A DNA stretch of 64,000 nucleotides, taken from the NCBI GenBank assembly GCA_037447605.1, contig CM074822.1, positions 1,449,492-1,513,491 of the forward strand, in the 5' to 3' direction. Position numbers and translations under genes: made by a program. Each line of letters begins with the position of its first letter. Position 1 is the first letter of the stretch. The stretch comes from Zygnema circumcarinatum SAG 698-1b. Taxonomy: Eukaryota > Plantae > Zygnematophyceae. The notes under the pieces are model-generated. The model saw only the letters and a list, made by a program, of their open reading frames with translations. It was not told where the DNA came from and ran no database searches. Positions 41,427 through 53,886 of the stretch are shown piece by piece.

Positions 41427-44232
41427 ATTGGGAGGGAGGGAGAGGAGGGAGGGAGGGAGAGAGCCGACGCAAGAGAGCGGGGGCCGCGGGAGTGGCCGCT
41501 ATAGAGGGAGGGAGGGAAGGAGGGAAGGAGGGAGGGAGGGAGGGAGGGAGGGAGGGATGGAGGCAGTTTGCACCATGTTACCAAGCCTTCTCCGCCCCTC
41601 GCCTACGAATGAGGACCACCCCGGAGAGGACGGCTGGCCAAACTGCCTCGTGTCATTCGTGCCTTGCCTCCCCGGTCCGCCTGCATTGGCATCGCGTGGG
41701 TAATGCTTCGACATCGTATCAAGTGGCTGCTGAATAAATTGTGCCACGAGCTGCTGAATTGAACCACTGGCCGCGTTGTCAATCACGGATGCAATCACGC
41801 GCGCGTTTCCCATTAGTCTGAGCTCATCTTGCGAGTAATCAATCCACCTGTGCGTCAAGACTCCAACAACCTCGCGGTCACACACAGGACGTCCGTTGAT
41901 CTTCTCAAACAGCGCATCTTGCCGCTTGTACCGTCGCAGAAGCCGCGTCGCACCGACGCGCCTGACAGTCCGTGCAATGAGAACAGGATGTCTGAGCCTG
42001 TCGATGCTGACACGATGGGAGGGGGGGAGGGAGGGAGGGAGGGAGCCGACGCGAGAGAGGGGGTGGCTGCGGGACATGCCTCGATATTTGCACTGCAGNN
42101 NNNNNNNNGGAGGGAGGGAGGGGAGGAGGGAGGGAGGGAGAGAGCCGACGCAAGAGAGGCGGTGGCCGCGGGAGTGGCCGCTAGAGAGGGAGGGAGGGAA
42201 GGAGGGAAGGAGGGAGGGAGGGAGGGAGGGAGGGAGGGATGGAGGCAGTTTGCACCATGTTACCAAGCCTTCTCCGCCCCTCGCCTACGAATGAGGACCA
42301 CCCCGGAGAGGACGGCTGGCCAAACTGCCTCGTGTCATTCGTGCCTTGCCTCCCCGGTCCGCCTGCATTGGCATCGCGTGGGTAATGCTTCGACATCGTA
42401 TCAAGTGGCTGCTGAATAAATTGTGCCACGAGCTGCTGAATTGAACCACTGGCCGCGTTGTCAATCACGGATGCAATCACGCGCGCGTTTCCCATTAGTC
42501 TGAGCTCATCTTGCGAGTAATCAATCCACCTGTGCGTCAAGACTCCAACAACCTCGCGGTCACACACAGGACGTCCGTTGATCTTCTCAAACAGCGCATC
42601 TTGCCGCTTGTACCGTCGCAGAAGCCGCGTCGCACCGACGCGCCTGACAGTCCGTGCAATGAGAACAGGATGTCTGAGCCTGTCGATGCTGACACGATGG
42701 GAGGGGGGGAGGGAGGGAGGGAGGGAGCCGACGCGAGAGAGGGGGTGGCTGCGGGACATGCCTCGATATTTGCACTGCAGTGTGCTGGTGTTTTACTTGA
42801 CTCGTTTACAGAATTTCCAATGCTTGGGACAGTAATTCAGTGCAATGTACCAGGTCTGATGGCGAACGATGGCATTTACCAAGAGACTGTGAAGCATGCC
42901 ACCAGCCTGCAGCACTTTCAACATTGAAAGCTTTTTAACCGAGAATTTGTAAACTAGGCCAAAACATATGTCGATAAGATAATCTTGCTAGGCTTTTGGA
43001 GTGCGAGTTCCATTGGGAACATCACTATAACCACACAGAAAAAAGCTCGAAAACACTTACAGACACAAAATCGTGCAACTCAACTCAATCGCACACTCCC
43101 TCCATCCCTCCCTCATTCCCACGCGCACAAAGGTAATGCTTTATAAACGTACCAATGCCATTCGGNNNNNNNNNNGGAGGGAGGGAGGGGAGGAGGGAGG
43201 GAGGGAGAGAGCCGACGCAAGAGAGGCGGTGGCCGCGGGAGTGGCCGCTAGAGAGGGAGGGAGGGAAGGAGGGAAGGAGGGAGGGAGGGAGGGAGGGAGG
43301 GAGGGATGGAGGCAGTTTGCACCATGTTACCAAGCCTTCTCCGCCCCTCGCCTACGAATGAGGACCACCCCGGAGAGGACGGCTGGCCAAACTGCCTCGT
43401 GTCATTCGTGCCTTGCCTCCCCGGTCCGCCTGCATTGGCATCGCGTGGGTAATGCTTCGACATCGTATCAAGTGGCTGCTGAATAAATTGTGCCACGAGC
43501 TGCTGAATTGAACCACTGGCCGCGTTGTCAATCACGGATGCAATCACGCGCGCGTTTCCCATTAGTCTGAGCTCATCTTGCGAGTAATCAATCCACCTGT
43601 GCGTCAAGACTCCAACAACCTCGCGGTCACACACAGGACGTCCGTTGATCTTCTCAAACAGCGCATCTTGCCGCTTGTACCGTCGCAGAAGCCGCGTCGC
43701 ACCGACGCGCCTGACAGTCCGTGCAATGAGAACAGGATGTCTGAGCCTGTCGATGCTGACACGATGGGAGGGGGGGAGGGAGGGAGGGAGGGAGCCGACG
43801 CGAGAGAGGGGGTGGCTGCGGGACATGCCTCGATATTTGCACTGCAGTGTGCTGGTGTTTTACTTGACTCGTTTACAGAATTTCCAATGCTTGGGACAGT
43901 AATTCAGTGCAATGTACCAGGTCTGATGGCGAACGATGGCATTTACCAAGAGACTGTGAAGCATGCCACCAGCCTGCAGCACTTTCAACATTGAAAGCTT
44001 TTTAACCGAGAATTTGTAAACTAGGCCAAAACATATGTCGATAAGATAATCTTGCTAGGCTTTTGGAGTGCGAGTTCCATTGGGAACAACACTATAACCA
44101 CACAGAAAAAAGCTCGAAAACACTTACAGACACAAAACGCGCAACTCAACTCAATCGCACACTCCCTCCATCCCTCCCTCATTCCCACGCGCACAAAGGT
44201 AATGCTTTATAAACGTACCAATGCCATTCGGC
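41427..44232. repeat. Triplicated unit (about 41427-42098, 42109-43165, 43176-44232) separated by 10-N gaps, each with a minus-strand ORF of unknown function
   Basis: Offsets 682 and 1067; a few substitutions/indels between copies; ORF core HPVLIARTVRRVGATRLL...LTHRWIDYSQDELRLMGNARVIASVIDNAASGSIQQLVAQFIQQ. Confidence 0.9.
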
Positions 44233-44873
44233 GGGCTCTAATCCTACAAACCTTTATAGGCACACAAGTTGTAAACTGGACAGAAAGATCTACCAAACAA
44301 GTGAAACAACGCCTGTTTCATTCATACCAGCCACTAACAACTACTCACACTTTTAACAATCAAATTTGTACACAAAGCCATTTCATATATACAAGGTTTC
44401 GAATTTTGTAAACGCATATCGTCGAGTTGTTGTGTGTCCGGTTCTCTCAATGTACTGGTCTCTACACATTTTACAATTTCGTACAAGTTTACAATTGTCT
44501 CTTGGTTTCAAATTCTGGCTTGTGTCTTGTGTGATACTGTGAGTTCCATTTTTTGCCTAAGGGTCGGGCCGCGCCTTCACATGCGCGAACTGAGCGCGCG
44601 GATTGCGTCTCACGTCGGCGCGGCTCAGCTGCACTCGAAACCACCAGGACCACTCCCTCTCCAAGGCGGTGACTTCCCGTGCGTGCTTTTCACGCGCGGA
44701 TGCACTCCCGCTGCGAGATCCTTGCTGGCGCATCGGTATCCGCCCATTTCATCGACGGTTCTTCGCGAGCTGCGAAATCAAGCATAACTATGGTTATCAA
44801 TACTGTACTTAGTTGACGTACAATAGACCCCCCCATTACTTTCGCCATGGTTTCGGCAAAGGGTAACTCTACT

Positions 44874-44993
44874 GCACCCCCGCGTTTTTTCTTTCGCACC
44901 CCCGCGTTTTTTCTTTCCCACCACCGCGTTTTTTCTTTCGCACCCCTGCGTTTTTTCTTTCGCACCCCCGCGTTTTTTCTTTCGCACCCCCCC
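44874..44993 (+). repeat. 22-bp minisatellite (gcacccccgcgttttttctttc), 5 copies plus partial
   Basis: Direct tandem copies. Confidence 0.95.
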
Positions 44994-45033
44994 CATTTGA
45001 AAATTTGTCTCCCGTTTTGAGGGCCGGGAGTAC

Positions 45034-45878
45034 AGGGCAGGGCAGAGGGCAGGGCAGGGCAGGGCAGGGCAGGGCAGGGCAGGGCAGGGCAGGGCAGGGC
45101 AGGGCAGGGCAGGGCAGGGCAGGGCAGGGCAGGGCAGGGCAGGGCAGGGCAGGGCAGGGCAGGGCAGGGCAGGGCAGGGCAGGGCAGGGCAGGGCAGGGC
45201 AGGGCAGGGCAGGGCAGGGCAGGGCAGGGCAGGGCAGGGCAGGGCAGGGCAGGGCAGGGCAGGGCAGGGCAGGGCAGGGCAGGGCAGGGCAGGGCAGGGC
45301 AGGGCAGGGCAGGGCAGGGCAGGGCAGGGCAGGGCAGGGCAGGGCAGGGCAGGGCAGGGCAGGGCAGGGCAGGGCAGGGCAGGGCAGGGCAGGGCAGGGC
45401 AGGGCAGGGCAGGGCAGGGCAGGGCAGGGCAGGGCAGGGCAGGGCAGGGCAGGGCAGGGCAGGGCAGGGCAGGGCAGGGCAGGGCAGGGCAGGGCAGGGC
45501 AGGGCAGGGCAGGGCAGGGCAGGGCAGGGCAGGGCAGGGCAGGGCAGGGCAGGGCAGGGCAGGGCAGGGCAGGGCAGGGCAGGGCAGGGCAGGGCAGGGC
45601 AGGGCAGGGCAGGGCAGGGCAGGGCAGGGCAGGGCAGGGCAGGGCAGGGCAGGGCAGGGCAGGGCAGGGCAGGGCAGGGCAGGGCAGGGCAGGGCAGGGC
45701 AGGGCAGGGCAGGGCAGGGCAGGGCAGGGCAGGGCAGGGCAGGGCAGGGCAGGGCAGGGCAGGGCAGGGCAGGGCAGGGCAGGGCAGGGCAGGGCAGGGC
45801 AGGGCAGGGCAGGGCAGGGCAGGGCAGGGCAGGGCAGGGCAGGGCAGGGCAGGGCAGGGCAGGGCAGGGCAGGGCAGG
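45034..45878 (+). repeat. (GGGCA)n pentanucleotide satellite, ~0.84 kb, followed by a GGA-rich purine tract to ~46930
   Basis: Essentially uninterrupted GGGCA run. Confidence 0.98.
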
Positions 45879-46985
45879 GAGGGGGAGGGGAGGGGAGGGG
45901 AGGAGGGGAGGGAGGAGGAGGGGAGGGGAGGAGGGAGGGAGGGGAGGGGAGGGAGGGGAGGGAGGGAGGAGGAGGGGAGGGGAGGGGAGGGAGGGAGGGG
46001 AGGGGAGGGGAGGGGAGGGGAGGAGGGAGGAGGGGAGGGGAGGTGAGGGAGGGGAGGGAGGGAGGGAGGGGAGGGGAGGGAGGGGAGGGAGGGGAGGGGA
46101 GGGAGGGGAGGGGAGGGAGGGGAGGGGAGGAGGGAGGGAGGGGAGGGGAGGGGAGGGGAGGGGAGGGAGGGAGGGGAGGGAGGGAGGGGAGGGGAGGGGA
46201 GGGAGGGAGGGAGGGAGGGAGGGGAGGGAGGGAGGGAGGGAGGGAGGGAGGGAGGGAGGGAGGGAGGGGAGGGGAGGAGGGAGGAGGGGAGGGGAGGGGA
46301 GGGGAGGGGAGGGAGGGGAGGGGAGGGAGGGAGGAGGGGAGGGGAGGGAGGGAGGGAGGAGGGAGGAGGGAGGGAGGGGGGGAGGGGAGGGAGGGGAGGG
46401 AGGGAGGGAGGGAGGGGAGGGAGGGGAGGGGAGGGGAGGGGAGGGGAGGGAGGGGAGGGAGGGAGGGGAGGTGAGGGAGGGGAGGGGAGGGAGGGGAGGG
46501 AGGGAGGGGAGGGGAGGAGGGGAGGGGAGGGAGGGGAGGGGAGGGAGGGAGGGGAGGGAGGGAGGGAGGGAGGGAGGGAGGGAGGGAGGGGAGGGGAGGG
46601 GAGGGAGGGAGGGAGGGGAGGGGAGGGGAGGGGAGGGAGGGGAGGGAGGGAGGGAGGGGAGGGGAGGGGAGGGGAGGGGAGGGGAGGAGGGGAGGGGAGG
46701 GAGGGAGGGAGGGAGGAGGAGGGGAGGGAGGGGAGGGAGGGAGGAGGGGAGGGGAGGGAGGGAGGGAGGGGAGGGGAGGGGAGGGAGGGGAGGGGAGGGG
46801 AGGGAGGGAGGGAGGGAGGGGAGGGGAGGGCCTGGGAGGACAGGGCAAGGGAGGGGAGCGGAGGGGAGGGGAGTGGAGGGGAGGGGAGGGGAGGAGAGGG
46901 CAGGGGAGGGGGGGAGCGGAGGGGACGGGAGGGGCGGGAAAAAGATTTTTTCCCGAAATGTTCAAAACTGGAGGGGTAACCAAAT

Positions 46986-49900
46986 TAGGGGGAGTCAGAC
47001 TTAGACCAGCGCCAAATCAATTCAGAAAACCCCCGACCCTAATTCCGCGTTGTACGGCAGCCCAATTCCGCGAAAAGTGGACGTTCGACAGGCTCGGGCG
47101 TCACGAATTCCAGAGAGCAATTATTTTGCCTCCGTATCTCCGGCCAGGTTTGACCTTTTTCGGCCCCGCGCCTCCTCCGCCGCTCCGCCGCCCGCCGCCT
47201 CCGTTTTGTCGCTACGCAAGTCAATTACCGCGCGAGCGGCGTCCTGCCGCGGCGCTCGCGCCTGCCGCCTGTCTGGCTCGCTCGGCTCGCTGCGAGCCTA
47301 TCAGCTCGGGTTTGTTGTTTAGGCTCCTCGCCATGGCTGAGCTTATCCTTGCAGCGGAACGAGCAGAGCGTCCTCTCGCCTCACCCCAGTGAACGGTGAG
47401 CGGTGTGCCGTCGACCACGGCAAGAGCGCGATCGGTTTATGGGACGTGATTTATGACTGGAGCAGCGGTGAGTCCTGCCCTTTGCCCCTGCCTCCCTTAG
47501 GCCTTGCCCCCTGCCTCCCTCCGTGCCCTGCACCTGCCTCCCCTTGCCCTTGCCTCTGCACCTGCCTTCCCGCTCCTTCCCCGCCTCCCTTCCCTTGCCC
47601 CTGCCTCCTGTGTGCTCTTGCACTGCCCCCTGCCTCCCTGCCTTTGCTCATGCATCCTTTTGTCTCCTTGGTGTTTTTGCTACTGCTGCTGCTGCTTTTT
47701 ATGCTGCTGTTGTTGATGTTGCTGCTGCTTTTTATGCTGTCGCTTTTTTTCTTTTTGCTTTTTTGCTGCTGCTGCTGCCTCTTCTTCCTCTTCATCTGCT
47801 GTTTTTGCTGTTGTTGTTGTGCTGCTGCCGCTGCTACTGTTGTTGCTGCTGTTTCTGCTGCTACTGCTCCTGCTGCTGCCGCTTCTCATCCTGCTGCTAC
47901 TGTTGGTTGCTGCTGCTGCTGCCTCTTCTGCTCTTGCTTTTGCTGCTCTTGTTGCTTCTTCCTTTTTCTGCTGCCGCTGTTTTTGTTTTGTTGCTGTTGC
48001 TGTTTCTGTTGCTACTGCTGCAGCCTCTAGTCGCTTCTTATCCCAGGCTGCTACCGCTACAGCCCTGCTGCTACTGTTGCTGCTGTTATACCGCTGTTGT
48101 TGCTGCTGCCGCTTGATGTTGCTGCTGTTTCTGCTGCTACCGCTGCAGCTCTATCGCTTCTTATCCCGCTTTTTCGCTAATACTGCTACAGCCCTGCTGC
48201 TACTGTTGCTACTAAGCAGAGCAGGATGAAAGAGCAGCATTGCTGCTGTTGCTGCTGCTGCCGCTGTTGCTGCTGTTCTGCTGCTACTGCTGCAGCCTCT
48301 AGTCGCTTCTATCCCGCTGCTACTGCTACAGCCCTGCTGCTACTCGTTGCTACTGCTGTCGCTTCGTTGTTGCTATTGCTGTTGTTACTGCTGTTGCCGT
48401 TGCCGCCGCTGTTGCCACTGCTGCCGCTGCTGCCGCCGCTGGTGCTGTGTTGTTGCTATTGTTGTTCTGTTGCTGCCCTGTTGCTGTCTCTGTTGCTGTT
48501 CCTGGGTTGCTGCTTCTTTTCTTGTTGCTATTGCTATTTGTTGTTACTTCCTTGCCGCTGCTGCTGCTATTGCTTTTCTACTACTGCTGCTGTTGCTGCT
48601 GTTTATGCTGCCAAGTATTGTTGATGTCAGCTGCCATGCTTTTTGGAGTTGCTTTTTTCTCGCTTGCTTTATGTTGTTACCAAAGCAATTTTTATTATTT
48701 TTTGGATGCTGCATTTGGTATTCTGCATTCTGCATTCCTCATTTCAAGCATTCCGCATTCCGCATTTTGCCTCCCTTGCCCATGCCCTAGCCTCCTTTGC
48801 TTTTGCCCCTTGCTGTGTTGCCCTTGCCTCTGTCTTCCCTTCCTTTTGCTTGTGCCTCCCGTTCCTTCGCTTATGCCATTGCTACGTATATGAGTGTGTG
48901 TTATTCCTCCCCCTCCCCATTAAGTCAAAGTGGCGGATTGGTTACGCAACTGTTGCAAAACAGTAATAAAGGGGTTCAAATCCCCTCTTTGACTTGTAGT
49001 GTTTATTCATTCTTCTATTTTTATTTATTTAAAGTTTTTGTGTTTTTGCCTCATATACCAAACATATGTTGTTATTTTTTCTAGTTGTTTTTATTCTATC
49101 TATCCATTCTTTATTCTATATATTATTCTATCTGCTTCTGCTGCTGCTATTGCTGTTGCAGCATGCTTTTTTTTTTGCTGCTACATTTTGTATCTGTGAT
49201 TCCCTATTCGCATTCCGCATTCCTGGGACTAAGATTCCGTGATTCCGCGATTCCAAGATTCCGCATTCCGGCGATTCCGCGATTCTGCCTCCCCTTTGCC
49301 TCAGCCCACCGCCCAGTTCCTGGCTCTATGCTTGTGTTGTGTATGAGTGTATGTTATTCCTCCCCTTCCAATTAAGTCGAAGTGGTGGATTGGTTACGCA
49401 ACTATTGCAAAACAGTAATAAAAGGGTTCAAATTCCCTCTTTGACTTGTAGTGTTTATTCTATTTTTATTTATAGTTTTGTGTTTTTGTTTCATATGTCA
49501 AATATTTGTTGTTATTTTTGTTGTCTTTTGCTTTTACCTTTATTTGTTTCAATTGATGAGATTGTATAAATGTTTCTGACCTTCCCAGCATACACAACTA
49601 CTACTCTTTCTTTGTTATTATAAATACTCATTAACGCTAAATAATTCATACACATATATACATACACACAAACATATATAAAAATAATTTTGTATACAAA
49701 ATAAAACCATGTCTCATTATAAAAACTTGTGCCATTCATTCTCAATTTAGTAAGTACTGGCGCCATCTAAGACACCCCTGGCCTCCTTCTCTCTCTTTGT
49801 GCACACACACTTTTTGAGTTCTCCTGTACTCTACTTTAAGCGATTCTAAATGCAAATAATATCATGTTTTAACATTAATAGATTTTTTACGCTGCTCCAA

Positions 49901-52231
49901 TAATGTGTAATCTTTGTTCTTCTTGAGAATCTTATATTTGTAAGTTTTGTTCTTCTTCTTCATCTTGGATTCGCCTTGCCTCAGTAAACTCTCATTGTTG
50001 TTTCTCCCACTCCAGTCTTTGACGTTGCATCTTCACTTGAGATTCCACGCATATTGCTTATTATTTTTAGGTTTATTTGTATATCTCATGGGAGAAGCTT
50101 TATTCAATGTTCTAAATTGCGCTACAACAACAACCCAATTCAAAGTTTTGAGGGAGATGGTGAAAAGCAATAAAAACAACTAAAAAAAATATCAACAAAT
50201 GTTTGGCATATAAAGCAAAAACACAAAAACTTTAAATAAATCAAAATTAGAAGAATATAAAAACACTGCAAGTTGAAGTGGGGATTTGAACCCCTTTATT
50301 ACTGTTGCAATGTTTTGCAACGGTTGCGTAACCAATTCGCCACTTTGACTTGGGGAGAGGGAGGAATGACATAGAATCATACACACAACAGTAGCATAAG
50401 CAAAGGAATGAGGGGCAATGCTGTGCGCAAGGAAGACAAAGGCAAGGGCAACACAACAAGGCAAAGGCAAAGGAGGCTGCAGGTGCAAGTGAGGCAAAAT
50501 GCGTATTGCAAAAATGCAGCATCAAAAACAAAAATGAATGCTGCAACAGCAAAGCGAGAGCAACAGCCCAGCAGATAGATAAAATATAGAATAAAGAATA
50601 GATAGATAGAATAAAATAAATCTAAAAAAAATAACAACAAATATTTGCATATGAAGCAAAAACACAAAGTTTAAATAAATAAAAGAAAAGTGAATAAACA
50701 CTAAGGTTGAAGAGGGGATTTGAAACTCTGGTTACTGTTTTGCAACAAATATGCGAACTAATTCGCCACTTCAATCCTTAATAGAGAGAGGGAGTGAATG
50801 ACATACAATCATATACACACAACAGAAGCATAAGCAAAGGAACGAGGGGCACAAGGCAAGGAAGACAGAGGCAAGGGCAACACAACAAGGGGCAAAGGCA
50901 AGGGAGGCTGGAGCAGGTGCAAGGGAGGTAGAATGCGGAATGCGGAATGCCGAATGCGGAATGGGGAATGCGGAATGCGGAATGCCGAATGCGGAATGGG
51001 GAATGCGGAATTCAGAATGCGAAATGCAGCAGCCAAAAAAAAAAATGAATGCTGTAGCAGTAGCAGCAAGAGCAGCAACCGCAACAGCAGCAGCAGCAGG
51101 AGGAGGAGCAGGAGTAGGAGTAGGAGCAGCAGCACAGCAACAGCAGCAGCAGCAGAAAAAGAAGCAGAAGCAATAGGAGCAACAACAGTAGAAAAAGCAG
51201 CAGCAAAAAAAACAGAAGCAATAAGAGCAACAGCAGAAGCAATAAGAGCAACAGCAGAAGCAGAAGCAGCAGCACAGCAACAGCAGCAGCAGCAGAAAAA
51301 GAAGCAGAAGCAATAGGAGCAACAACAGTAGAAAAAGCAGCAGCAAAAAAAACAGAAGCAATAAGAGCAACAGCAGAAGCAATAAGAGCAACAGCAGAAG
51401 CAGAAGCAGCAGCAGCAGCACCAACAGCAACAACAACAGCAATAGTAGCAGCAGCACCACCACCAACAGCAACAACAACAGCAGTAGTAGCAGCAGCAGC
51501 AGAAAAAGAAGAAGAAGCAGCAGCAGTAGCAACAGCAGAAGCAGCAGCAGTAACAACAGCAGAAGCAGAAGCAGCAGCAGCAGCCAGTACCAGCAGCAAG
51601 AGCAGCAGCAGCACAGCAATAGCAACAGCAGCAGAAAAAGAAGCAGCAAAAAAAAAACCAGCAGCAGCAGCAGCAGAAAGAGCAGCAAGGGAGACAAGGA
51701 AGGCATGGGCCAGGGCGAGGGAGGCAGGGGCAGGTGCAAGGGCAAGGACTCACCGCTGCTCAACTCCGCCGTCGTCACTTCGCGTCCTCGCTGACCACTC
51801 TCCCGTGGTGCTTATGAGGTCCGTGAGGACGTGCTTGCCGCAAGGTGGGTGTTGTTGGTGGGGGAAAGAGAAACCCTAAAGCTGTGCCAGCCCTGAAACG
51901 CTGCTCTGCGCGGCGGCGGGTCGCGGCGTCCGGGCGGCGGCGGTGAGGCGCTCGCACGTGCGTGACGCGCATGGCGACAAGGCGGGGCACGATTCCTGAT
52001 CGGCGGAAAGCTGGAATTTCGAAACGGGGGGCCTCTGGAGGCCCCCCGTTTCGGAGCGCGGAATTCTGAAATTTGGGGGCATTTTTGTAACCTATTCCGC
52101 CGTACGGACGTGACAGACAGGTTCGGGGGGAGCCGTGGTTTCCGACCCGAATTCGGAAATCGAAATCAATACCTTTCCGCGGTCGAAATCTTGCAATTCC
52201 GCGGGCGATGGTCAAGGTCTGACTCCCCCTA
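46986..52231. mobile_element. 5.2 kb non-autonomous foldback element with family-B hAT-like TIRs (TAGGGGGAGTCAGAC) and long internal inverted arms (about 47458-49560 / 50180-51762)
   Basis: 15-bp inverted termini; arms are diverged reverse complements containing CTG/CAG tracts, GCATTCC heptamers and two ~0.4 kb subunits; no transposase ORF. Confidence 0.75.
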
Positions 52232-52407
52232 ATTTTGGTATGGTACGACCGCACGACCGTATGAGTACGGTCGTAAGACCGTTAATTGTTCAAAGCGAGT
52301 GGGTATAATATATGTAATAAAGTGTTTTACTTTGTCATATATTACTAATTTTAAACCCGTTGTAAATTATATAATATATTCGGAATTTATAACGCGGGCC
52401 ATCCCTA
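52232..52407 (+). mobile_element. Family A MITE right half, fused to the end of the 5.2 kb element
   Basis: Homologous to ~23405-23572; ends CCATCCCTA. Confidence 0.8.
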
Positions 52408-52410
52408 CAC

Positions 52411-52571
52411 TAGGGGGTGTCAGACTTAACAAAATCTTACGAAAAGCGTTACGAAAAAAAAGGTTACGAAAGTACTCCGCCGCAGGAGGATCGCTATTAT
52501 ACTGGAGTACTCGTTCTGATGTCAAACTTACGAACACGCGTACTGAAATTTTTTAAGTCTGACACCCCCTA
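52411..52571. mobile_element. 161-bp family B MITE (TIR TAGGGGGTGTCAGACTTAA)
   Basis: 19-bp perfect inverted termini; internal similarity to 37973-38346. Confidence 0.8.
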
Positions 52572-52685
52572 CTAGACGCGCGCGCTTCGTACATTCAAAT
52601 CACCATCCGTACATCCGACGAAAAAAGGTCTGTATCTATTCTGAAAAGTATGAAACAGATTTTTTCGCAAAAAAAATCGGAGAAT

Positions 52686-53712
52686 GATACAGCGGCCCCA
52701 CTTTTTGGATATCGGCGCCCCCCTTTTGGGAAAAAAAGTACTTTTTTTTTGGCTAATCAGCCCCCCCCCCCTTGGAACTTTCGGGAGGAGAGATCTTGTA
52801 GACAATCGGACCCCGCGCCTCGCGCGCAGGATCCGACCGTGCACCGACGTACGGCGCCGCGCATCGCGGCGTGGCCCGCGAGATGCGGCGAGCCTACGGA
52901 AAAGTTGTCCTCACTTGACCCGTTTGGGTCAGAGGTTGCCACGTGGCAGTCTGCCATTGGAAAGCCCTGATACCGGTCCCCCATACCGATACAGTGGACC
53001 CCCATAATATTTTCCACCTTGTACAGTGCGTCCCCAAGAAATTCGCCCCGATTTTGCCGAAACCACCTTTTTGTACGGTAACTCAATGTTAACGTATTAG
53101 GGGTGTTGACATAACCTGACCTATTCTCCAATACAAAATCTGTTAATCGAAACGGGTTTCAAACATGGGTCACGCTTTTACGCTGTACGGTATGTACGAA
53201 TAAAATCTCTAGGTAGTACGGTATACGTACGGCACCAATAGGAGCTCGTGTATCTAAATCACTGTACGATACGATACGATACGTACGAACAGACATGAAC
53301 TCTAACATAATACCGCTCGCCTATTGGTAACACGGACCTTATATTTGCAAATTACAATATTTTCGCCCAGTATTTGCCGAGACCATGGCGAAAATATTAT
53401 GGGGGTCCACTGTATCGGCATGGGGGACCGGTATCAGGGCTGTCCAATGGCAGACTGCCACGTGTTCTCTACCCCAAAAGGATCAGGTGAGGACAACGTT
53501 TCTGTAGGATCGCCGCATCTCGCGGGCCACGCCGCGATGCGCGGCGCCGTACGTCGGTGCACGGTCGGATCCTGCGCGCGAGGCGCGGGGTCCGATTGTC
53601 TACAAGATCTCTCCTCCCGAAAGATCCAAGGGGGGGGTGATTAGCCAAAAAAAAAAGTACAGTTTTTCCCAAAAGGGGGCGCCGATTTCCAAAAAGTGGG
53701 GCCGCTGTATCA
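52686..53712. repeat. ~1 kb hairpin: ~330 bp high-identity inverted arms (52686-53010 / 53385-53712)
   Basis: e.g. gcgcctcgcgcgcaggatccgaccgtgcaccgacgtacggcgccgcgcatcgcggcgtggcccgcgagatgcggcga is exactly reverse-complemented in the right arm. Confidence 0.92.
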
Positions 53713-53886
53713 TCCTTTGTAGAAGCTGCCCGAAGAAAAAGTACACTACATTCAGAACAAGGACACTGTAAATAGTCGTCTCCAAANNNNNNNNNNNNNN
53801 NNNNNNNNNNNNNNNNNNNNNNNNNNNNNNNNNNNNNNNNNNNNNNNNNNNNNNNNNNNNNNNNNNNNNNNNNNNNNNNNNNNNNN

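Noticed and set aside
44869-46983. 704-aa PCPAL and 489-aa GQGRA repeat ORFs
   Set aside because: Translation of the (GGGCA)n satellite
47389-51778. Poly-Cys, poly-Leu, poly-Gln and poly-Ala ORFs
   Set aside because: CTG/CAG tracts in the foldback arms; no domain content
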